The notes beneath the pieces were generated by a model, which worked only from the letters and a program-made list of their open reading frames with translations, searched no databases and was not told where the DNA came from. Of a DNA stretch of 64,000 nt, positions 9,462 to 19,003 are shown in pieces. Where the stretch lies: the NCBI GenBank assembly GCA_026415575.1, contig JAOAGV010000001.1, forward strand, positions 49,399 through 113,398, read 5' to 3'. Source of the DNA: Candidatus Sumerlaeia bacterium (GTDB taxonomy: Bacteria > Sumerlaeota > Sumerlaeia > JADFCW01). Position 1 is the first letter of the stretch. The number at the start of each line of letters is the position of its first letter. The position numbers were made by a program, and so were the translations under genes.

Positions 9462-9677
9462 TCATCTTTCGTCAGGAATTATACCAGTATCTTTAAAAAT
9501 CTGTCGAAGCAGTCCGATACTAATTGTCCGACCACCATGCATCGGCACCGTGGTGCGACGGCCATCGGGGTGAATATATACAGCGTGACTACCCTTTTGA
9601 CGATCCAAAACAAAGCCGTGCGCTTCCAATAAGCGAACAAGTTCATTAGCGCTTAGGCGTGGAAATCGCGGGCTCAT
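9462..9677 (-). CDS. hicA: HicA-family toxin (mRNA interferase)
   Basis: 71 aa. LVRLLEAHGFVLDRQKGSHAVYIHPDGRRTTVPMHGGRTISIGLLRQI is the YcfA/HicA fold signature. It overlaps the hicB stop by 4 nt. Confidence 0.85.
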   Translation of the reverse strand: MSPRFPRLSANELVRLLEAHGFVLDRQKGSHAVYIHPDGRRTTVPMHGGRTISIGLLRQIFKDTGIIPDER

Positions 9678-9895
9678 ACGGCCACAGCAACCTTTTCGGT
9701 TCGCACTTCGACCGGTATGGGCTCACCATGCTGCAACCGCGATTCGATATGCGCCTCGATGGCCTCTCGAATGTTGGCAATCGCCTCGTCCTCAGTTTCG
9801 CCTTCCGTATAGCAGCCTTGCAGCGCAGGGCAAATCGCCACGATTCGACCGTCCTCATCTTTCTCCAAAACCACTGTAAAAAGGTATTCTTTCAT
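9674..9895 (-). CDS. hicB: HicB-family antitoxin
   Basis: 73 aa. YLFTVVLEKDEDGRIVAICPALQGCYTEGETEDEAIANIREAIEAHIE is UPF0150/HicB-like. It sits directly upstream of hicA. Confidence 0.8.
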   Translation of the reverse strand: MKEYLFTVVLEKDEDGRIVAICPALQGCYTEGETEDEAIANIREAIEAHIESRLQHGEPIPVEVRTEKVAVAV

Positions 9896-9932
9896 AATCC
9901 CACCTCGATCGAATGCTTGGGATATGCCGGCG

Positions 9933-10976
9933 CTATTGGATCAATACTTCCCGCTTCCCCCTTTTCACCTCGCCGATCACAAACGGATTTTCGCCCGCCT
10001 TGTCGCAGATTTCAAGCGTTCGTTCGACAGAATCCGGCGGAACGATGGCGACCAGACCGATCCCCATGTTGAACGTGTGAAACATCTCGCTGTTCTTGAC
10101 CGGGCCTAATCGGGCCAGCTGGCGGAAGATGTTTGGCACGGGCCAGCGGGTGGAGTCAATTTCGACGCCGAGACCTTCAGGCAGAAGACGGCGGAGATTG
10201 TCGGGCAGCCCGCCGCCGGTGATGTGCGCAAGGGCATGCACGGGCACGCCTTCGCACAAGGCCAGTGCCGCGCGCGTATATATACGGGTGGGGCGCAAGA
10301 GAACGGCACTGAGAGGTTCGCTTTCGCCGTCGAGCGGCCCGTCGAGTTTCATCCGGCGTCGGCTGAACAAGATTTTGCGGGCCAGCGAGTAGCCGTTGCT
10401 GTGCAGGCCGCTGGAGGCCAAGCCGACGAGGACATCGCCTGCGGCAATCGCGCTCCCGTCGAGGATTTTCGACCGCTCGACCACGCCGACGCCAAATCCG
10501 GCAAGATCCAGATGCCCTTTGGCATAGAGGCCGGGCATTTCGGCGGTCTCGCCACCGAGCAGTGCACAGTCGGCCTGCCGGCAGCCTTCGAGAATGCCTT
10601 CGAGCACGGCGTTCCATTGCGCGCCTTGCAATTTGCCCGCCGCGTAGTAGTCGAGGAAAAACAGCGGCTTTGCTCCGCAGCAAATGATGTCGTTGACCAC
10701 CATGGCGACCAGATCAATGCCGATGGTGTTGAGCGTGCGGGCCTGGAGCGCAACCAGCAGTTTGGTTCCAACGCCGTCAGTCGAAGCGACGAGGCAGGGC
10801 TCGCGCCACGCGGAAAGGTCGAGCGGAAATACGCCGCTGAACAAGCCGATGCCGGGGACCCTCTGCGCGAGGCCGGCAATCAAGCGGTCTTGTTTTTCGA
10901 TGTTCACACCGGCTTGTTTGTAGGAGATTGTTCGGGTTGTTTTGGCCACGTTGTCCATCCTGTCGGTATTGTCCAT
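9933..10976 (-). CDS. purM: phosphoribosylformylglycinamidine cyclo-ligase (AIR synthetase)
   Basis: SYKQAGVNIE...GIGLFSGVF...VASTDGVGTKL...DLVAMVVNDIICCGAKPLFFLDY. Confidence 0.9.
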   Translation of the reverse strand: MDNTDRMDNVAKTTRTISYKQAGVNIEKQDRLIAGLAQRVPGIGLFSGVFPLDLSAWREPCLVASTDGVGTKLLVALQARTLNTIGIDLVAMVVNDIICCGAKPLFFLDYYAAGKLQGAQWNAVLEGILEGCRQADCALLGGETAEMPGLYAKGHLDLAGFGVGVVERSKILDGSAIAAGDVLVGLASSGLHSNGYSLARKILFSRRRMKLDGPLDGESEPLSAVLLRPTRIYTRAALALCEGVPVHALAHITGGGLPDNLRRLLPEGLGVEIDSTRWPVPNIFRQLARLGPVKNSEMFHTFNMGIGLVAIVPPDSVERTLEICDKAGENPFVIGEVKRGKREVLIQ

Positions 10977-11011
10977 TTACACCGCCATTTTCATCCCAAG
11001 CAGCAGCGGCT

Positions 11012-12421
11012 TTATCGCTCCGCGGCCACCCGCACGGCCCGGGCCTCCAAAATCTCCTTGAAATGATTGCGGGGGCGGCCGCCCGGATAATGACCGCTGA
11101 AACAAGCCATGCAAAATCCTCCTTGATTGTCAAACACCCTCTCAAGTCCTTCAATGCTGAGGAACTGGAGCGAGTCGGCGGTGATATAGGCACGCATGGC
11201 TTCGAGATCGCGCGAGCTGGCCAGAAGTTCCTCCCGCGAAGGCGTGTCAATGCCGTAGTAGCACGGGTTCTTCCATGGCGGACAACTTAGGCGATAGTGG
11301 ATTTCGGCGGCGCCGGCCGACCGAAGCATTTTGACAATTTTCTGCGCCGTCGTGCCCCGCACGATCGAATCATCCACCACCACCAACCGCTTGCCCACCA
11401 GCAACTGCTGCAGGGGGTTGTATTTGATCTTGGCGCCGAAGTCGCGGATAGACTGCCGCGGTTCGATAAACGTGCGCCCGACATAGTGGCTGCGAATCAG
11501 CCCGATCTCGAACGGGATGCCTGTTTGCTGCGAGTAGCCGAGGGCGGCGGGATTGGACGAGTCGGGAACGGGCACCACCATATCGGCCGCCACCGGATGC
11601 TCGATGGCCAGCTGGCGGCCGAGGCGCTTTCGCATTTCATAGACGCTGCGGCCGGCGATCACGCTGTCGGGCCGCGCAAAATAAATGTGCTCGAAAATGC
11701 AAAACGACGGCTCGATGCGCGGCTGAATGGGAAACTCGCTGCGGACCCCCTCGCCGTCAATGGTCACCAGTTCGCCCGCCTCCAGTTCCCGCACCAACTG
11801 CGCCCCGATGATGTCGAACGCGCAGCTTTCCGAGGCCACCACATAGGAGTCGCCGAGGCGGCCGAGGCACAACGGCCGGAACCCGCGCGGGTCTTTGACC
11901 GCAATCAACCGACCGGGCCGCAGAATAAGAAAGGAATACGCCCCTTGCATCTGGCGCAAAGCATCTTTGAGCGCTTCGAGAAAATCGCTTTCTCCGCTTC
12001 GGGCAATCAGGTGGAGGAGAATTTCGGAGTCCATGGCGGTCTGGAAGATGGCGCCTTTTTTTTCGAGGCGTTCCTTCAGTTCCGCCGCGTTGGTCAGGTT
12101 GCCGTTGTGGGCCAGAGCCAGCGAGCCCCCCCAGTAATTGGCCATGAGCGGCTGGGCGTTGCGCGAGGCGCTCGAACCGGTGGTCGAGTAGCGCACATGA
12201 CCAATGGCGGCGTGGCCCTTGAGGCCCCCGAGAGTGCCGCGCGTGAAAACTTCCTGCACCAGTCCCTGGTCGGCATAGTGATACAGACGCTCGCCGTCGG
12301 TCGAGCAAATACCGGCGGTTTCTTGTCCCCGATGCTGGAGGGCATAGAGTCCGAGATAGGCGAGATTGGCCGCTTCGGGATGGTTCCAGATGCCGAAAAT
12401 ACCGCAGAATTCCTTACGCAT
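11012..12421 (-). CDS. purF: amidophosphoribosyltransferase
   Basis: CGIFGIW N-terminal Ntn nucleophile, then a PRTase domain (LVVVDDSIVRGTT) and C-terminal Fe-S cysteines. GAGGAG RBS. Confidence 0.9.
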   Translation of the reverse strand: MRKEFCGIFGIWNHPEAANLAYLGLYALQHRGQETAGICSTDGERLYHYADQGLVQEVFTRGTLGGLKGHAAIGHVRYSTTGSSASRNAQPLMANYWGGSLALAHNGNLTNAAELKERLEKKGAIFQTAMDSEILLHLIARSGESDFLEALKDALRQMQGAYSFLILRPGRLIAVKDPRGFRPLCLGRLGDSYVVASESCAFDIIGAQLVRELEAGELVTIDGEGVRSEFPIQPRIEPSFCIFEHIYFARPDSVIAGRSVYEMRKRLGRQLAIEHPVAADMVVPVPDSSNPAALGYSQQTGIPFEIGLIRSHYVGRTFIEPRQSIRDFGAKIKYNPLQQLLVGKRLVVVDDSIVRGTTAQKIVKMLRSAGAAEIHYRLSCPPWKNPCYYGIDTPSREELLASSRDLEAMRAYITADSLQFLSIEGLERVFDNQGGFCMACFSGHYPGGRPRNHFKEILEARAVRVAAER

Positions 12422-12595
12422 GTCGGTCTTCGCTCCTCGACCGAGCCCGCGGCCATTTCGATGTCAGGAGAAGAAAAAGAAATTACCGCGGCGCCCGCCG
12501 CGCGCCCTTGGAAAGCCATCGGCAGGAACAATGAACGGCGAAATTCGGCTTATCAAATGAATTCCGTTGAGGCCAAACGCACCCGTTTGGCGGGG

Positions 12596-13570
12596 TCACT
12601 TCTTTGCCGCGACGGCCTTGTCCTTGTCTTTTTTGGGCTCCAGCGCCTTGGCAATCTTCTCGATAATGCCGCGAACGACCTCGGCTTGGTCGCTTTCCAG
12701 CCCCAGAATCAGCAGACGGTCTTTCTGAAACACCAGAGTCTTTTTGCCATTCTTGGCCGTAAATGTATGCCACGGCGACTCGTTGGCTATCGAGGCCATG
12801 TCCTTTTTGACGGATTCTGTGAACTGCGCAAGCGCCTTGGCGCTGTCTTCGGGCGCAACATACCGGGCGACCAGAATGCCTTGCTCGCCGCCGGACAAAT
12901 CATAGCCGGCATAGACTGCTTCGGCTTTAGCCGGTTTGTTGGCATTGGCTTCGAGCAACAAAATGTTGTCGGTGCCCATGAACCAGATCTGATCGAGCGG
13001 ATGGCGGTCGTGGATGTAGAGAATACCGTTGGCGCGGAGTTTCTCCTTGGGCAGCGCGCGCACCAGTTCAGGCAGTGGATGTTGGCCCGGAATCTCTTGG
13101 GCGATGGTCTTGGCCACGGCAATCAGGTTTTCTTTCGCGGCGCCCTCTTCACCGACATCTTTCACTTCGATGCAATAAGAGCCGCGCCAGAGAACGACCA
13201 TGCCGGGCGAGTAGGAAGCCTCGTCGGGGATGGCAATGATCTCGCCATCGCGCTGGCGCAAGGCCGAATACAAGCCGTAGGCGTTGTCGGAATTGCTGAG
13301 GCGATAGACGGCGACCTCGAACTCCTGTTTGCCCTTGGTCAGTTTCATGTGCTCGGAATCCACATAGGCAAAGCCCATGTGAATGTCGGCGAAACCGTCA
13401 ATGAGGTCGTAGAGTTTTTCGCCGACGACTTTCTGGATGTCGCCCTGACGCACCCAGTCGGTGATTTGGACTTTGGCAAGCGAGAACGGAACCGGGTCGG
13501 CGGCGCGGCTGGGGGCGCCGGCTGCAAGTAAGCCCATAGCCAGACTGGCGGTTGCAATCCATCGTTTCAT
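12596..13570 (-). CDS. secreted hypothetical protein, paralog of 46327..47235
   Basis: Signal peptide MKRWIATASLAMGLLAAGAPSRA. It shares ordered motifs with the 46327 lipoprotein (LYDLIDGFA/LFEAIDGMA; GILVARYVAPE...AKALAQF/DVLVARYKVGE...QKALEAF). Confidence 0.6.
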   Translation of the reverse strand: MKRWIATASLAMGLLAAGAPSRAADPVPFSLAKVQITDWVRQGDIQKVVGEKLYDLIDGFADIHMGFAYVDSEHMKLTKGKQEFEVAVYRLSNSDNAYGLYSALRQRDGEIIAIPDEASYSPGMVVLWRGSYCIEVKDVGEEGAAKENLIAVAKTIAQEIPGQHPLPELVRALPKEKLRANGILYIHDRHPLDQIWFMGTDNILLLEANANKPAKAEAVYAGYDLSGGEQGILVARYVAPEDSAKALAQFTESVKKDMASIANESPWHTFTAKNGKKTLVFQKDRLLILGLESDQAEVVRGIIEKIAKALEPKKDKDKAVAAKK

Positions 13571-13800
13571 TTTCTTTGCCTCCTGAAGCAGTGTTCACCG
13601 AAACGAAACTGTATCGGGACAAGCCCCTCGGCGTCAATAAAAGTTGGCGGGGATGAGCCGAAATCTGATTGCGGATTGCGGGGGGCTTCTCACAAAATCG
13701 GCAAAAGGTCGTTCGATCATGCTGTGGTTTTTTGACTGGAACAGCCAAAGGGGAAAGGCCTCGACCGCGCCCTTGTCATTATACACAAATCGGCCTCTGC

Positions 13801-14046
13801 TTTGGACTGCGGCAGCCACGCTCCCGCTTTTTCCCTTTGGACTGCGGGAGCCATGCTCCTGCTTTTTCTTTTACCAAACTCAACCCCCTGCCGGCAATCT
13901 GCTTTGGACTGCGGCAGCCACGCTGCCACTTTCTTTTGTGCCAAGTTCAAACCCGCCAAGCGTCGGTTTTCCCTTCAGTAACGACGCTTTGTCTGACAAT
14001 GGGCGCTTCCAGCAAAGCGGTAGCAGGCTGCCCGCATTCCAAAGCC
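13801..14046. repeat. MITE-like element cluster: one full inverted copy (about 13901..14046) plus two extra terminal-repeat half-copies (13801, 13835)
   Basis: TTTGGACTGCGGCAGCCACGCT occurs three times. The reverse complement of 13901..14046 aligns along its whole length to copy 1 at 3538..3684. Confidence 0.65.
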
Positions 14047-14379
14047 CATGGAGGGATTTTGTCGGGATCAGGCGTCGGTCTTGCTTGCGCTCGCAGAAAG
14101 TGTCTCCTGATTTCGGGTGATGCACCAAAGCGCAAAGGCAGCGCGAAATAATCGTCATTCGCCTTATCTATTAGAGCGTTGCATTTGCGCCCTAAAGGGC
14201 CGGAAAGGGTTTTCCGACCTATGGCTTGGGGCCAAGTCAGCTTGCCCTTTCTCTTCAAAAAGATTGCCCGCAGCAAAAAATGCGGCGTCTTCTCTTTGCA
14301 CATTCTTTTTGCGTGTGGCCAAAGGCCACGGTAGAAAGTCCGGTCAGGTGTTCGCGAAACTCTTGCAGGAGAATCTACA

Positions 14380-15009
14380 ATGCGAATTCTGGACATTTCC
14401 GTTCCTCTGCGCGACGGCATGGTGGTCTGGCCGGGCGACGTGCCGTTTCGGCGGCATCAGACCGTCTCGATGGCCTGCGGCAACGACTATAATCTTTCAG
14501 CCATCACCACCAGCGTGCACGCCGGCACGCACATGGATGCACCGCGACACTTCATCGCAGGCGGTGCCACGGTGGAACAGCTGGACTTGTCGCCGTTTGT
14601 GGGGCCGTGCCGCGTGGTCGAGATCGCCAATCCTCTTGCAATTGATCTGGGTGACATCGAGCGCCTCGATCTCAAGGGAGTCGAGCGGCTGCTGTTTAAG
14701 ACGCAAAACTCCGCGCTGTATGAGCGGCCGGAGTTTGTCGAGAATTACGTGGGGCTGGCGCCCGACGCCGCGCGGCATCTGGCGAAGATCGAGACGCTGA
14801 AACTGGTGGGTGTGGACTACTACTCGATTGCGCCGTTTGGCAGCGCGGCCGTGCCGGTTCACGAGGCGATTCTGGGCCGCGGCATCGTGGCGCTCGAAGG
14901 GATTAACCTGCGCGAGGTCGAACCGGGGGATTACGAGCTGATTGCCCTGCCGCTGCGAATCGAAGGGAGCGACGGCTCGCCCGTCCGTGCGGTGCTGATC
15001 CAGAGATGA
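14380..15009 (+). CDS. cyclase-family protein (kynurenine formamidase-like)
   Basis: ILDISVPL...SVHAGTHMDAPRHF...GVDYYSIAP matches the putative cyclase signature with the HxGTHxDxPxH metal site. Confidence 0.8.
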   Translation: MRILDISVPLRDGMVVWPGDVPFRRHQTVSMACGNDYNLSAITTSVHAGTHMDAPRHFIAGGATVEQLDLSPFVGPCRVVEIANPLAIDLGDIERLDLKGVERLLFKTQNSALYERPEFVENYVGLAPDAARHLAKIETLKLVGVDYYSIAPFGSAAVPVHEAILGRGIVALEGINLREVEPGDYELIALPLRIEGSDGSPVRAVLIQR

Positions 15010-15052
15010 AGGCCGACGGCTTTACCTTGCCGGTTTGGTGGGATGCAGCCGG

Positions 15053-16369
15053 TCACAGCGTCCACGGCTCGCGCATCGGACGCCTGAGCATGGCGTTGGC
15101 CTCGTTGTCGCCGATGAACTGTTCCTTTTCCGGATCCCAACGCAGCTTGCGTTTCAACGTAATGGCAATATGGCCGATGTGGGCGATGGTGATGGTGCGA
15201 TGGCCAACCTCGGCCGGTGCGTAGCAGGGTTTGCGCGATTTGACGCAGTCGAGAAAGTTGCGCTGTTCGCCCAAAGGTTCCTTGTAGAGGTGAATTTCGT
15301 TGGGTTCAATTTTGGAGTCGAGAATGCTTTTGGGTTCGGCTTCCAGCGGCTGGTTCCAGCCGCTATTGCCCACCCAGCCGTCGGTGCCTTCGAAACGGAT
15401 GCCGGGTTTGCTGGCCGAGACCGTCAGGGTAACACCGTTGGCATATTTATAGTGGATGTCAAAATCAGTGGCGGTGTTGTAAAGCCCCTCCTTGGGAAAC
15501 ACAGCGGTTCCTTCGACCTCGACCGGTCCGGTCAATTCCGTGTCGTTACCCCATTGGGCGATGTCTATGAGATGGGCGCCCCAGTCGGTCAGCTGTCCGC
15601 CGGAGTAGTCGAGAATCCAACGAAAGTTCCAATGGCAACGGGCGGGACAGTAGGGGGCTTCGGGCGCCTGCCCCAGCCATAGATTATAATCAAAGCCCTT
15701 CGGCGGATCGCACACGTCCATGCTGGCCGGACGGACGGAGTGGCCGCGCGGCAGTGTCACTTGGATATGCCGCAATTTGCCGATGCGTCCGTTGCGCACC
15801 AGTTCGGCCGCGCGATAGTAACATTCATAGGAGCGGTTCTCGGACGAAGTCTGGAAGATGCGGTTGTGTTTGGCCACGGCGTCGGCCAGTACGCGGCCCT
15901 CGTGGACCGTCAGCGACAGCGGTTTCTCGCACTCGACATCCTTGCCCGCGCGCACCGCCATCACCGCCGGAATGACGTGCCAGTGATCGGGTGTCGAGAT
16001 CATTACGGCATCAATGTCCTTGCGTTCGATAATCTCGCGGAAGTCGTTGTAAGAGGCGCAGCCTTTCCATGCGCCTTTGGCCAGCTCTTTCGCGTAGTGC
16101 TGTTCGACCATTTCGCGGGCCTTTTCGCGGCGCTCCGTGTCCACATCGCATACGGCCACGGCCATCGCGTCGGGTTCGACCAGAAAGCGCTTGAGGTTGC
16201 GGTTGATGCCGTGATCGCCGGTTCCGATGAAGCCGATGGTAATGCGATCGCTGGGGGCGGCTTTGGCGGCACGGCCGAGTGCCGAGGCCGGAATAATGGC
16301 AGGCGCGGACAGAACAGCGGCACTGCGTTGGAGAAATGCTCGGCGTGAAACAGTGTTCTTTCTGCCCAT
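15053..16369 (-). CDS. Gfo/Idh/MocA family oxidoreductase, TAT-exported
   Basis: MGRKNTVSRRAFLQRSAAVLSAPA is a twin-arginine signal. ITIGFIGTGDHG is the Rossmann motif, then ECEKPLSLTVHEG. Start moved to the ATG at 16369 (GAAGGAG RBS). The longer track ORF is an upstream read-through. Confidence 0.85.
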   Translation of the reverse strand: MGRKNTVSRRAFLQRSAAVLSAPAIIPASALGRAAKAAPSDRITIGFIGTGDHGINRNLKRFLVEPDAMAVAVCDVDTERREKAREMVEQHYAKELAKGAWKGCASYNDFREIIERKDIDAVMISTPDHWHVIPAVMAVRAGKDVECEKPLSLTVHEGRVLADAVAKHNRIFQTSSENRSYECYYRAAELVRNGRIGKLRHIQVTLPRGHSVRPASMDVCDPPKGFDYNLWLGQAPEAPYCPARCHWNFRWILDYSGGQLTDWGAHLIDIAQWGNDTELTGPVEVEGTAVFPKEGLYNTATDFDIHYKYANGVTLTVSASKPGIRFEGTDGWVGNSGWNQPLEAEPKSILDSKIEPNEIHLYKEPLGEQRNFLDCVKSRKPCYAPAEVGHRTITIAHIGHIAITLKRKLRWDPEKEQFIGDNEANAMLRRPMREPWTL

Positions 16370-16419
16370 GGCGGGTACTCCTTCAATACAATTGGTTTGG
16401 GTCGCAGCGGTGTGCGCCT

Positions 16420-17790
16420 TCACGGCTGCCTCATCCAGTCGGGGCCGACCTCCGAGGCGGCAAGCGGTTTTTCGCGGAGTGCCGCGCCGACGGGACCTGC
16501 GCCCTCGCGGCCGCGCCATAGGCCGTCGCCGCCACGTTGGGCAAAGGCCGCCTCCGAACGGATTCCTGCCTCGCCCACAAGGCCGGGCTCGAGGCCCTGC
16601 ACCACGTTGCCTTCCCATGTCATGCGGAGCGGCACAGACTTCAGAAGGATCGCCGTTCCTTTGTTGCCGATGACCAAGTTGTTGCGCAGGATGCAATCTT
16701 CGGGCGGGAGACTGTTGCGGCTGCTGTCGGCCGAGCCGATTTCGATCGGACTGCGGCAGTTGACAAAAGTGTTGAATTCGATGACGGCGCGCTTGACCTG
16801 AAAATAGCCGTTCAGCGGGGAGTTGCGCACGCCGTTCATGATGGAAAGGGCCGAGCGGGTCCCGTCGCCGCGCAAATCGGCGAAGTAGTTGTGCGCCACG
16901 CGATGCTCTTCGCCGATGACGCGCACGCCGCCGGTTTCCTTGATGTTGTGGCCGAAGAAAAAGTTGCCCTCGACCACGCAGCGGTTTCCATGCCGCAGCG
17001 TCAGTGTGCCCTGACACCGCTCGAACGTATTGCAGCGGTATATGTTCTCGCAGGACTTGTTCGAGATGGTTTCGATCTCGCCGTTGCACTCCTCGAAATA
17101 GTTGAATTCAACGGTGGTGCGGGAGTTTTGCATCGAGGAGTCGCTGTCGCCGATGCGGATGATTTCCGCGCCGTTCTTTGGGAATTCCGGCCGGCGGCCG
17201 AAATAGTTGTGGTCAATCCGGTTATAGTTGGGCTGGTCGGAAAGCCAGACGGCCAGGACCGGGCCGCGGGTGGTTTTGCCGGAGAACCAGCAATGATCCA
17301 CGCGATTGTGTTCGCCGTAGATTTGTACCCATTTGTTTTCCTGCGCGGGGTCGGCGGGATTGTAGTCCAAAATGGCGCATTGCGTGACGCGGCAATGGCG
17401 GGCCGGATAGTCGGAGCGTGTGCGAAACTCGATGGCGTCGGTGCGGTTGCCGCCGTCGCGAAACACAAGGCCTTCAACGACGAGGTGGCTGCCGCCGATG
17501 TGGAGCCGTGACTGGCCGCAAAGGATGGTTTTCCCCGGCGTTTCGGCGCGCAACGTGATCGGCTGCGATGCGGTGCCGGTGGCGCGAAAGGCGAGGTCGG
17601 CGTCGCGCCAGAGGCCGTTGGCGAGGATGATGCTGTCGCCCGGGGCGGCTTTTTTAACCGCCTCATTGAATTGCGAAATATCGGCCGCGCGATAGTCGGC
17701 GGCGCCTGCGGGCTGGCCGATTGAAAGGCACACCCATGCGATTGCCGACACCCAGCCTTTGGTTCCGGCTTTCACTTTTGCTGGGTTCAT
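16420..17790 (-). CDS. polysaccharide lyase family 6-like (chondroitinase B / alginate lyase type) right-handed beta-helix protein, secreted
   Basis: Signal peptide. Repetitive beta-helix motifs (IDHNYF, NYFEECNGEIETISNKSCENIYRCNTF, VEGNFFFGH, IEFNTF), as in PL6. Confidence 0.7.
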   Translation of the reverse strand: MNPAKVKAGTKGWVSAIAWVCLSIGQPAGAADYRAADISQFNEAVKKAAPGDSIILANGLWRDADLAFRATGTASQPITLRAETPGKTILCGQSRLHIGGSHLVVEGLVFRDGGNRTDAIEFRTRSDYPARHCRVTQCAILDYNPADPAQENKWVQIYGEHNRVDHCWFSGKTTRGPVLAVWLSDQPNYNRIDHNYFGRRPEFPKNGAEIIRIGDSDSSMQNSRTTVEFNYFEECNGEIETISNKSCENIYRCNTFERCQGTLTLRHGNRCVVEGNFFFGHNIKETGGVRVIGEEHRVAHNYFADLRGDGTRSALSIMNGVRNSPLNGYFQVKRAVIEFNTFVNCRSPIEIGSADSSRNSLPPEDCILRNNLVIGNKGTAILLKSVPLRMTWEGNVVQGLEPGLVGEAGIRSEAAFAQRGGDGLWRGREGAGPVGAALREKPLAASEVGPDWMRQP

Positions 17791-17835
17791 CTTTTCCGGT
17801 TTCCTCCATCCTGCTTGCCGGTTGGTTTGGGCGCG

Positions 17836-18534
17836 CTAGTAGGTCAAGGTGGCCGGTTTCGGTTTTGGCGTGGGCTTGGAGTCAAACATGCCGCAGAGAA
17901 TCTCGGCGCGGTCCATGTTGCGCTGGCAACTTTCCATCATGGCGGAGATGACGGAGATCGTGCGGTCGAGGCGGCTGAGTTCGAGCACGTATTTGGCATC
18001 TTTGTCTTTGCTGTAAGAACCCACGCGGCTGGCGCTTTGGCGCAACTGTTCGATGAGCTTGGCGGTTTCTTCCATGCCTTCCTGACAGGCGGAGAAAGCG
18101 GCGGCTTGGGGTGCGCCCGTTTTTTGATAGTAATCGCGGGCAAGTTTTTGACGCTGGCTCATTTGTTCGCGGCATTCTTTGGCAATCTTGGCGATTTCAT
18201 CTACTTTTTCGTTAAACTTTTCGGCGGAAAAAGCGACGAGGCCCTCGACCGGTTTGTCGCCCGGCGAAAGGAACAAACCTTCGTATTGGTACTTTTCCAC
18301 TTCGGCACGTAATTCGGCCAGAAGCAACCGCACCCGCAACATCTTGCTTTCATAGGCGGGTGCCGGAGTGGCTGCGGGCACCTTAATCTTGCCCGTTTTG
18401 CCAGCGGCTGGGGCCGTTTCCGTCGTGGGGCTGGTCGGGCTTTTGGCTCCCAACGCGGAGAGCGCGACCATAGCCATTGCAGCAGCCGCGAAGACACAAA
18501 GAAGTGTTCGTGATGTGTTCTTTGGGGTTTTCAT
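17836..18534 (-). CDS. hypothetical secreted protein, largely alpha-helical
   Basis: Signal peptide MKTPKNTSRTLLCVFAAAAMAMVALSALGA. No recognisable domain. Confidence 0.5.
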   Translation of the reverse strand: MKTPKNTSRTLLCVFAAAAMAMVALSALGAKSPTSPTTETAPAAGKTGKIKVPAATPAPAYESKMLRVRLLLAELRAEVEKYQYEGLFLSPGDKPVEGLVAFSAEKFNEKVDEIAKIAKECREQMSQRQKLARDYYQKTGAPQAAAFSACQEGMEETAKLIEQLRQSASRVGSYSKDKDAKYVLELSRLDRTISVISAMMESCQRNMDRAEILCGMFDSKPTPKPKPATLTY

Positions 18535-18820
18535 TGCTGGCCTCCCCTATAGGGTGTGATATTTGACACCGGCGCAAGGCGGTTGCCCGGCGTTGCGCGC
18601 GATTGACCTTCATGGCGGCACGATTCCCCGGTTTGTTCGTAATGATTCTTTCCTGCATCCCTTCACCAATCCTGCGCATGACATCGGCATGTCCTGTGCC
18701 ACGATCATTGATTCACTTTGGTATTGACATTCGGCCAATCGCAAGCGCTATTTTCTTTCCAGTTGTTTGGCCGCACGGTTGAAAAGCTTCAGTCTTTTTC
18801 CCGCTTTTTTTGTCCCCTGT

Positions 18821-18908
18821 GGAGGGGTGGTCGAGTGGCTAATGGCACGGGGCTGTAAACCCCGCGAGCGAGAGCTCTACGGAGGTTCGAATCCTCCCCC
18901 CTCCACCA
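18821..18908 (+). tRNA. tRNA-Tyr (anticodon GTA), with long variable arm and encoded CCA
   Basis: GGAGGGG acceptor stem pairs with CCCCTCC. Anticodon loop CTGTAAA. T-arm GGAGGTTCGAATCCTCC. 3-prime ACCA. Confidence 0.85.
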
Positions 18909-19003
18909 TATAATCTCAACGGACAAGATTGACGCCGTGGACAGTGTGGACGGTGCGCACGTCCATGAGTCCCGGCCATAATGTCCACCCCATCCGCCCC
19001 CTT

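Noticed and set aside
12422-12595. Purine riboswitch in the purF leader
   Set aside because: No conserved purine-riboswitch junction motifs or three-way helix could be discerned by eye. Only an RBS (GAGGAG) and a short GC hairpin are present.
11297-13531. 744-aa plus-strand ORF
   Set aside because: It runs antisense across purF and the secreted-protein gene. It has no domain signal and a low-complexity Gly/Arg/Ala composition. It is a high-GC spurious ORF.
13801-13935. Possible CRISPR array (three copies of TTTGGACTGCGGCAGCC... within 135 bp)
   Set aside because: Spacing is irregular (34 and 66 bp). The units are partial terminal repeats of a palindromic element found elsewhere in inverted orientation. 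No cas genes or leader are present.
13644-14151. ORFs encoding LLWTAAATLPL-type peptides (also 3263..3700 and 25496..25681)
   Set aside because: They are translated from the MITE-like repeat copies. The recurring peptide reflects a repeated DNA element, not a protein family.
18723-18760. Sigma70-like promoter (TTGACA-N19-TATTTT) upstream of tRNA-Tyr
   Set aside because: Spacer length is non-optimal and the element lies about 60 nt from the tRNA 5-prime end. It is plausible but not supportable beyond a guess.
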